From a virus, in IMG/VR virus record IMGVR_UViG_3300045988_179183: a stretch of 64,000 bases of DNA; one strand, 5' to 3'. The stretch's first letter is position 1, and the number at the start of each line of letters is the position of its first letter. This document shows positions 57,866 to 64,000 of the stretch, one piece after another. The position numbers were made by a program, and so were the translations under genes. The notes under the pieces are model-generated. The model did no database searches. It was not told the DNA's origin and saw only the letters and a list, made by a program, of their open reading frames with translations.

Positions 57866-58585
57866 TTACTCAACAACTTCAATACCTTGTTTACCCAAGT
57901 AATCAATGGTCGATTGAGATATCATCGCATTACCTGTTGAATAAGACATGATATCGTTCGCAAGTGATTTTTTCAAATCACCGTCCTGTGCCTTCTCAAA
58001 GCATTCAGTCATGATCCGTTTCAAAGGTTCACGGTGTATTGATTTTGAAAGAACTTTCTTTCCATCATCGGTTGTTTTAACATTAAATGATTTTTCTAGT
58101 ACCGCACCCTTATCAACAGAGCGGAATGGCATTGGTTGGTCTCTTAAAACCGAAATCTCATCCTTTATTGATTTCATAATGGATTTCATTTCCCCAAGAG
58201 ATTCCGAAAGATCAGAAAGGAATTCCTTTTGTGATTTATAGAAGTCCGCCTGTAATGCTTTCTCCATTTCATCGTCTTCGTCTTCTCTTTTTTTCTTTTT
58301 CTCCAACTTATCCTTTTCTTCCGCCTCTCCGGCTCTTTTTCCTTCTTCGTAATCGCGACGTTCATGTTCGCCCGATTTTTTCTCATCATAGGCGATTTCC
58401 TCTTTTTCAGTGTACTTTGATTTACTTAAAGTGGAAATCTCTCCGTTATCAATACTCTTCAAGATGTAGTCGTGTTCAAAATCCGCATCCATCAAAGCAC
58501 TCACGACGGAGTCGCCACAATATTGATCCAAAGAAAGACCCCTCTTTTGCAATTCCTGCACTATCTCATTCGTAATCGGTTTCAT
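57866..58585 (-). CDS. Putative scaffolding protein (239 aa)
   Basis: Highly charged Glu/Lys-rich helical sequence, between the protease-like and capsid-like genes. Confidence 0.5.
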   Translation of the reverse strand: MKPITNEIVQELQKRGLSLDQYCGDSVVSALMDADFEHDYILKSIDNGEISTLSKSKYTEKEEIAYDEKKSGEHERRDYEEGKRAGEAEEKDKLEKKKKREDEDDEMEKALQADFYKSQKEFLSDLSESLGEMKSIMKSIKDEISVLRDQPMPFRSVDKGAVLEKSFNVKTTDDGKKVLSKSIHREPLKRIMTECFEKAQDGDLKKSLANDIMSYSTGNAMISQSTIDYLGKQGIEVVE

Positions 58586-58636
58586 TTCTTAAATATTTAG
58601 TTTCTAATTCTTACATTGTGCGATAAAAATAAATAA

Positions 58637-59461
58637 TTAATTTGACAAACGAAAATTTTTCTCAATCTTTTTGACAAAATCACGGTAAACTTTCTCTGAA
58701 ATTAGACCAGATTTAAAACTTTTCGTTATTTTTTCGATTGTTTTTACTTTGTACTGGGGTTTTTTCTTGACCTTGATTCTAAACTTGGTATCCAACATTA
58801 ATAGATTTCCCCGTTCATCCTCCCACTCCAAGATCACCTTGTCACCTTCGTCAAAATCTTTATCACTTTCAAATTCGTAATCGATGAAATCAGCAGATTG
58901 ACGTCCCTTGATAATGTCAAAAAATGAATTCGTATTCACCGGCTGAAAAGTTAGCGCGACGTTTGTGATCAACGCCTTATTTACTTTTCGGGGATTTGTC
59001 TTATCTCTTTCGATGACCTTTCCTTCTATCGACATTCCGGGTTTGCGGGTTGACCCTGATTCAGCCATCTGAATGCACTTATCCCAGAACGCTCTCGCTT
59101 CCGGTGATTTTTTCCACAATTTCCCTTTAACAAAAAATTTATTATCTTTCACCCATGCGTCGAGAGGTTCCCCTATCCAGAAACGCGATTTATTCTCCTT
59201 CGATCGTGATGTTAGGTGATCTAAATTTAACAGCCCGCTTTTCAGAAACCTGTCCAATATAAACCCATTGGGATTCATGGATTCACCCTCATCATCCTCG
59301 CTACTATCACTTGCAACACCCTCGAAAACCATGTTGTCATACCGTGAATCATCATCAGTACCAGTCGATTTTTCTTTCGACGTCTTTGCCTTCTCTATAT
59401 CTATAGGAACCCAGAAATTAAATTTATCTTCCATTATCGATTTCGATTTACTTATTATCAC
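58637..59461 (-). CDS. Putative prohead protease (HK97 U35/S78-like)
   Basis: FEGVASDSSEDDEGESMNPNGF...LLNLDH...IGEPLDAWVKDNKFFVKGKL...GMSIEG resembles the prohead protease pattern (G.AS...D..ge.i, H....iG, v.g.l, lSiG). The start may instead be at 59434. Confidence 0.5.
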   Translation of the reverse strand: MIISKSKSIMEDKFNFWVPIDIEKAKTSKEKSTGTDDDSRYDNMVFEGVASDSSEDDEGESMNPNGFILDRFLKSGLLNLDHLTSRSKENKSRFWIGEPLDAWVKDNKFFVKGKLWKKSPEARAFWDKCIQMAESGSTRKPGMSIEGKVIERDKTNPRKVNKALITNVALTFQPVNTNSFFDIIKGRQSADFIDYEFESDKDFDEGDKVILEWEDERGNLLMLDTKFRIKVKKKPQYKVKTIEKITKSFKSGLISEKVYRDFVKKIEKNFRLSN

Positions 59462-59634
59462 ACGGTATGCTGACTAAATCTCGCGTATACCTGTGTATTC
59501 TTATCCATATTAAATCCGTACGTTTTGCTGTACGAAAGATTAGTTTCCTCATTCATCTCCGTGAAAGTATATGTTTAAATTTTCAAACGCTCTTTTTTAT
59601 ATGTAAAAGTTTGCATGTAGATAGAATTATACGA

Positions 59635-60714
59635 CTAACCTTTCTGTTTTTCTTGTTTTTTAGCGTTTCTCTCATCGAGTTTTTCCTTCACCCTTCTCTT
59701 GAATTCATCGTCGAATTCATCACTCTCTAATAAACGATTTAACGCATCACTTATCTCATCAGCCTCTTCCTTCGCGGATACATTCCTACTCTCCAATTCT
59801 TGCCGGGCGATCTGTTTCACCTCATCGGATTGCCCCGGTTTCTTGATCGCAGATTCAAGTTGTTGATCGGTGGCATTTGCGGCGTATTCCTCGAGAACTG
59901 CTCTTTTATCTTGAACCTTATTTTCAGAGCGTGACGTTTGATTCTTTCCCTGTTCATCTTGGTTTGCAGAAGATGAACCCTTTCCTTTGGGTCGCCAGCC
60001 CTTAGTCGTTCTAACGTATACCTTTCCGCCCCAAGTTCTTTCCTCTCCAATCATCGCAGCCCTCGCTTTCTCCAAAGGTTCATCGGGGATAACGATATCA
60101 ACACTGTAAAACTTGGACCCCGATAATCCCATATCCAACACGTTACCAACTGATTCATTCCATTCCTGATGGGTACCCTCCCTTTTTTCAGCTTTAATAA
60201 ATTCAATCTTACCTTCCTTATCCTTCGCAAGGATTCTATACGGCGCGGAATTTTTATCTTTCCTTAAATACAATTCACATTGACCGTTCTTTAATATAAG
60301 TTCCCAGATTTTATCTTCAAGTGAAATATTTCCCTCAATCATAGGGATGACCCATGTTTGAGTATCGGAAGAAAATAACGAGATTAAATTTTTGGCATTA
60401 GTATTTTTCCCGCTATTTCTAAGACGAATCGCTGCGACTTCACGAACGCTGAAATTTCCTTTAGGTGATGTGAATGATGTATTGCCCTCTCCGTGATCTT
60501 TTTGATATATTAATTTGAATTCCGGGTCATTCTTCATCCTCGTTTCAACTTGTGCATTTCTTTCCCTGAACTCTGTTTCAACAATACGATTCACGGATTC
60601 ATCGGTAAGAATCCACCCACGAGGAGTTTTCATATAGCTTCTACCTCCCCAAGTCCTGATTTCACCCATATAAGCCGCTCTTTTGGATTTTTCCATCATA
60701 CCTTGAAATTTCAA
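59635..60714 (-). CDS. Hypothetical head-module protein with a duplicated RTWGG motif
   Basis: AAYMGEIRTWGGRSYMKTPRGW (N-terminal) and AAMIGEERTWGGKVYVRTTKGW (middle). The C-terminus is charged. Confidence 0.5.
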   Translation of the reverse strand: MKFQGMMEKSKRAAYMGEIRTWGGRSYMKTPRGWILTDESVNRIVETEFRERNAQVETRMKNDPEFKLIYQKDHGEGNTSFTSPKGNFSVREVAAIRLRNSGKNTNAKNLISLFSSDTQTWVIPMIEGNISLEDKIWELILKNGQCELYLRKDKNSAPYRILAKDKEGKIEFIKAEKREGTHQEWNESVGNVLDMGLSGSKFYSVDIVIPDEPLEKARAAMIGEERTWGGKVYVRTTKGWRPKGKGSSSANQDEQGKNQTSRSENKVQDKRAVLEEYAANATDQQLESAIKKPGQSDEVKQIARQELESRNVSAKEEADEISDALNRLLESDEFDDEFKRRVKEKLDERNAKKQEKQKG

Positions 60715-60745
60715 ATGCGGGGTTCCCCGTGGAACCCCTTTTATC

Positions 60746-62488
60746 TTAATGTAATTGTAATCTATATTTACTTTGTTTCAACGTGGCGAGGAAATCGTCG
60801 ATCCAAGAAATCTCTCCGTTATAATCAGGGTCTCCATCAAGTATCGCTCTTAACTCTTCCGTTCTTTCAAATAGAAGGTCAACCAATTCGATTGGATCAT
60901 TCACATCAATCTGTTCACCAACAATCTCACCATCACCGAATCTTCCAAACTCTGACTGACCTGCTTCCGCGAATTTATCCTCGAAATCAGAAACTTCATA
61001 CGAGAGTTCATCCAGATAAGCATGTTTTGAATTATCCTCCTCGCTCCAATGAATGTTCTTGATCCTCGTTTTCACGCCTTCGATAAAATTGAGATAATCT
61101 CTGAACAATGATTTATCCCCGGGATCTGATTTCTCTAATTCAGAAATATCGATTCCCGTCATTCGAAGTTTCCCTTCTGCCTTAATCTCTTCAACCATTG
61201 ATTTGAAAAGTTCCGCGTGCTCAGAATCATCAAAACTAACGGTAACAGAAAAACCTGACTTCTCAACACGATCATCTTTTGTTTCACCATCCAATGATTC
61301 TCTCGCTATCACCCCGGCCTGTTCAACACCCATTCCTTTCTCAACATCTTTTTCACGCCAACTTTCAGGCAATTCGCTTTCAAGACCCAATTCCTTCGCT
61401 CTTTTCTTAATCCAAGACTTCACCTCATTTTTAGGCGTTGAAGATGCACCAACCAATCTGATGGCATCTTTGAGGTCTTGACTGTTTCTTATAGGGTACT
61501 TTCCATCGGGCATCGCTTCTCCTTCTTTTGCAAGTTTACCCCTCTCCTTCTCGGAGAAATATGTTTTATTCCTCGCCTTCTCAACCGCTTCCTTGAAAAA
61601 CGAAGGAGTGATCTTTCCTTCCTTCAACGCTTTCGCGAGTATCTCAATCGTTTCAGGTCCCTTTGATTCTTTCTCTTCCATGCCGGTAAGTTTTTTAATA
61701 TTATCTTTCATATTGAAAATAAAATCATATTTATCTAAATCTTTAAGTTCAATCCACTCAACCCCGTCGTGTTCAGTGCTATCGACCATCACTGAAGGTT
61801 GCTTATCATCAGTGAACGCCCTGTAATAGTTTATTGAACTATCACGATCCTGATAAAAACCGATAGGCGAAGGCTGAAAATTCAATTTTAACCCCGTCTC
61901 TTCCTTCAATTCGCGTTCAGCTGCATCACGGTGACTCTCACCGTAATCAACATGACCTCCCGGGATACACCATTCACCCCCTTCATCGGACTTACCTTCC
62001 TGTATTCTATGTAAAATTAGAAGTCGGCCATCGCCATCAAAAACAAGAACATCCGAGTATTCAACAGGACCTTCCTTGCCTTTTTGAATCAACTTATTAA
62101 ATGTGTCCATTGAAATACTTCCTGATTTGAAAAGTTTTTTCGATTCAAAATATCTGTCAACGTTCTCACATTCTTCCATAATCGATTCATCCTTTCTTAA
62201 TTGATCCATCTCTTTCTCAATTTTCATTTTCGATTTGATCAGATCATGTACATTCTGTTTATGATAAATCATAAACTCGTTGAACTTTGATAGTCGCTTT
62301 TCCTGTTCAATAATATCGCCCGAGATACTCAAATCTTCAACAATTGACTTATTCAATCTGAATGAATCCGCGAGTTCTTCTCCTTGTATCGAAATAACGT
62401 CCAAGCTTTTTAGTAGTTCAATATAACGGGCTACCTTCGCCTCGTCACTTTCATTCCGTTGTCCCAGTATTTTTTTTAACCAACCCAT
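60746..62488 (-). CDS. Multidomain protein: coiled coil + Nudix hydrolase + conserved phage motif + Dps/ferritin-like C-terminal region
   Basis: Nudix box GGHVDYGESHRDAAERELKEETGL. The C-terminal IKNIHWSEEDNSKHAYLDELSYEVSDFEDKFAEAGQSEFG...ISWIDDFLATLKQSKYRLQ resembles Dps (HWNV.G..F..LH...D..AER...LGG ... eK..WML). Confidence 0.6.
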   Translation of the reverse strand: MGWLKKILGQRNESDEAKVARYIELLKSLDVISIQGEELADSFRLNKSIVEDLSISGDIIEQEKRLSKFNEFMIYHKQNVHDLIKSKMKIEKEMDQLRKDESIMEECENVDRYFESKKLFKSGSISMDTFNKLIQKGKEGPVEYSDVLVFDGDGRLLILHRIQEGKSDEGGEWCIPGGHVDYGESHRDAAERELKEETGLKLNFQPSPIGFYQDRDSSINYYRAFTDDKQPSVMVDSTEHDGVEWIELKDLDKYDFIFNMKDNIKKLTGMEEKESKGPETIEILAKALKEGKITPSFFKEAVEKARNKTYFSEKERGKLAKEGEAMPDGKYPIRNSQDLKDAIRLVGASSTPKNEVKSWIKKRAKELGLESELPESWREKDVEKGMGVEQAGVIARESLDGETKDDRVEKSGFSVTVSFDDSEHAELFKSMVEEIKAEGKLRMTGIDISELEKSDPGDKSLFRDYLNFIEGVKTRIKNIHWSEEDNSKHAYLDELSYEVSDFEDKFAEAGQSEFGRFGDGEIVGEQIDVNDPIELVDLLFERTEELRAILDGDPDYNGEISWIDDFLATLKQSKYRLQLH

Positions 62489-62489
62489 A

Positions 62490-63137
62490 CTATAAATTGT
62501 TATACGCTATGATTTCATTAAATAAATCTAGCTTCATATTATCATAAAATAATTCGATGTTTCTTTTAACTCTATCCTCGGAAAAACCGTCGGATGCGTA
62601 TAATTCACTAAGCATTATGTCAGCTATATCTTCTTTCGATATGGAATTAAATTCGCTCAAGGGTTTCCCCTTCCAATTATAATTATACAGTTTACTTTTT
62701 CTATCGTTTATTCTTTGACGAACTATGGTCTTCACCTTCGCGTTCACGGCGTTCTCGTTATTTAGATGGTTCTCCTTTCTTATTCTGAGAACTTCTTCGA
62801 ACATGGTGAATTTTGCAAGATCAAATAACGCGTTTGTTGTCGTTTTCACTTGTTCTATCGTACATTCTTTCGTTGCACCCTCCCGGATTTCTTTCAAAAT
62901 CGAAAGCATATTATCGTTTATCTCCGTTTGCTTTTTCATGTAATCACTCGCCGTACCTTTCGCGAGAATCATATCCGTCAACTTATCATTCTTTTTTTCC
63001 AATCTCGCCCAATTCTGGGTAGTTTTCCTGAATACGTTGAGGAATATAACGATCATAATCGCACTCATGACCACCGTGATCCCATTATCCGCTATAAGTT
63101 TTACCAATGTACTCGTCTCTTCCATTATTGATTGCAA
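62490..63137 (-). CDS. Hypothetical membrane-anchored protein (215 aa)
   Basis: One N-terminal hydrophobic helix, GITVVMSAIMIVIFLNVF. Confidence 0.45.
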   Translation of the reverse strand: MQSIMEETSTLVKLIADNGITVVMSAIMIVIFLNVFRKTTQNWARLEKKNDKLTDMILAKGTASDYMKKQTEINDNMLSILKEIREGATKECTIEQVKTTTNALFDLAKFTMFEEVLRIRKENHLNNENAVNAKVKTIVRQRINDRKSKLYNYNWKGKPLSEFNSISKEDIADIMLSELYASDGFSEDRVKRNIELFYDNMKLDLFNEIIAYNNL

Positions 63138-63190
63138 TTATGACAAATTTTTATACGTAAAAATAAGATTTTAATTCCGTATATACAATT

Positions 63191-64000
63191 TTAAGTATAA
63201 AAAACTTTGTCACCAACAATAATTTTGACCTTTGCACCCGGTGCTGTTTTTCTTTTATAATCAATCGGTTGCTTGAATGACCTCGTTTCCTTGTCCCAAA
63301 CATCACCTTTCATGTATCGTCTCGCCAAACAACGGCAGTTGCCGCTGACACATACATTATCGTTTCTTCTAACAACCAATGTATGGTTCTTCTCAAGTTC
63401 AACATCATAAATAAAACCTTTATAAGGTTTTATTTCTTTTTTCATAACTTTCTCGTACCTGTATTTTGAATTCAGTTCAGCGACATTCCATTGGTCATAT
63501 CTGGCAAGATAATCTTTCTTCTGTTTTTTACAATGATAGATCGATTTCCCTCTATTTTTAAACGAAGGACATTTCCCCACTTTTAATAAAAGTTCACCCA
63601 AGTCATCCTTCAATTTCACCGATGATGTTGAGTATATCCTTTGAGGCTTGCACTGATACCCATCATACAAAACACCACGATGAACCGTACCATCACCTAG
63701 AAGAAACGCATCAAGAAATATTTTAATGTATTTAGGTGATAATTCTTTTATGAAATCGGGTACGTATTTTTCATGCGCGTGACCGAATGATCGAATTATA
63801 TGTATCAAATCCTTGTCATTCTCCTTGTTTAAGTTAAATTCAATCCTTTCTTTTGTTACGATAACATTTTTGAATAATGCCCTGCAACATTTAATTATTT
63901 TCTCTTTCGCTTCGGATTTTTTTTGGCTTATATTAACTCTTCTCCTCAGTATCGTACGATTCTTATCACCCCACTCTGTGAAAGAGCCTTCCGACAAATA
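63191..64000 (-). CDS. Probable MuF/SPP1 gp7-like minor head protein, C-terminal part, containing an intein; the gene runs off the window end
   Basis: The ORF is open to the window edge. The C-extein begins CRCLARRY, which resembles the conserved (H/P)NCRC motif at the end of MuF-like head morphogenesis proteins. The position at the start of the head module fits. Confidence 0.4.
   Translation of the reverse strand, partial: YLSEGSFTEWGDKNRTILRRRVNISQKKSEAKEKIIKCCRALFKNVIVTKERIEFNLNKENDKDLIHIIRSFGHAHEKYVPDFIKELSPKYIKIFLDAFLLGDGTVHRGVLYDGYQCKPQRIYSTSSVKLKDDLGELLLKVGKCPSFKNRGKSIYHCKKQKKDYLARYDQWNVAELNSKYRYEKVMKKEIKPYKGFIYDVELEKNHTLVVRRNDNVCVSGNCRCLARRYMKGDVWDKETRSFKQPIDYKRKTAPGAKVKIIVGDKVFYT
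63338..64000 (-). mobile_element. Intein (C-terminal part only; N-terminus outside the window) with a LAGLIDADG motif
   Basis: LAGLIDADG motif FLDAFLLGDGTV. Block F is GFIYDVELEKNHTLVV. Block G is NVCVSGN|C (codon-checked; Asn at 63338..63340, +1 Cys at 63335..63337). The penultimate residue is Gly, not His. Confidence 0.65.

Noticed and set aside
58606-58630. A promoter-like sequence in the opposite orientation (TTACATTGTGCGATAAAAAT on the plus strand)
   Set aside because: It resembles the coding-strand form of the conserved motif only because the ACAATGT/ACATTGT core is self-complementary. There is no plus-strand gene to drive, and the flanks are not conserved.
59462-59634. The 173-nt intergenic gap as a possible tRNA or small RNA gene
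   Set aside because: I could not find a cloverleaf-compatible sequence (no GTTCRANNC T-loop box). Only a weak 5-bp stem and a degenerate promoter-motif copy are present. It is treated as a regulatory spacer.
4113-60050. Short minus-strand ORFs in alternative frames (4113..4337, 4416..4631, 10788..10994, 37382..37606, 45970..46158, 48153..48344, 51916..52128, 56752..56988, 58186..58389, 59817..60050)
   Set aside because: They are nested out of frame inside well-supported genes and have Arg/Lys-rich or nonsense-like sequences. There is no evidence for overprinting.
362-63131. All plus-strand ORFs in the supplied track (for example 2034..2438, 31706..32119, 44273..44821, 60550..61062)
   Set aside because: Each lies fully antisense inside a long minus-strand gene with recognisable motifs. 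They have low-complexity, Ser/Leu/Phe-rich translations and no promoter-like motif in the plus orientation. They are shadow ORFs.

Overview
The window is one co-directional block of a tailed dsDNA phage genome. Every credible gene is on the minus strand, and I see no cellular flank, integrase, tRNA, rRNA or CRISPR array.

Gene order, read along the minus strand from high to low coordinates:
- Head module: MuF-like head protein, Nudix/Dps-like protein, prohead protease, scaffold, major capsid protein.
- Contractile-tail module: sheath, tube, two chaperone-sized genes, tape measure protein.
- Baseplate genes.
- Three large fibre/adhesin genes: a 1665-aa fibre, a LamG-like protein, and a 1751-aa leucine-rich-repeat protein.
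- Small unknown genes and an HNH nuclease.
- Replication and packaging block: DnaQ-like exonuclease, large terminase, DnaB-like helicase, primase.
- A 7-deazaguanine (preQ0-type) biosynthesis and DNA-insertion island: QueD, QueE, FolE, ParB-like, DpdA-like, dCTP-deaminase-fold, P-loop protein, QueC, and a second TGT-fold protein.
- A split DnaE-type polymerase.
- A T4-like recombination set: UvsY-like, gp32-like, Mre11/SbcD, RecA, Rad50/SbcC.

Most notable points:
1. Selfish-element load is very high. There are five LAGLIDADG inteins (RecA, QueC, two in TerL, and a partial one in the MuF-like gene). There is also a probable group I intron carrying a GIY-YIG homing endonuclease, sitting at the catalytic DxD motif of DnaE.
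2. The deazaguanine island has two TGT-fold paralogues and a minimal ParB-like gene overlapping dpdA.
3. The tail-fibre gene contains a 1.9-kb block with no CpG at all, which points to module exchange.
4. The head module holds a Nudix/Dps-like multidomain protein, and the adhesin region holds a giant LRR protein.
5. A conserved roughly 20-nt promoter-like motif recurs upstream of genes, often paired with hairpin terminators.

All functional calls come from motif recognition by eye. No database search was possible.
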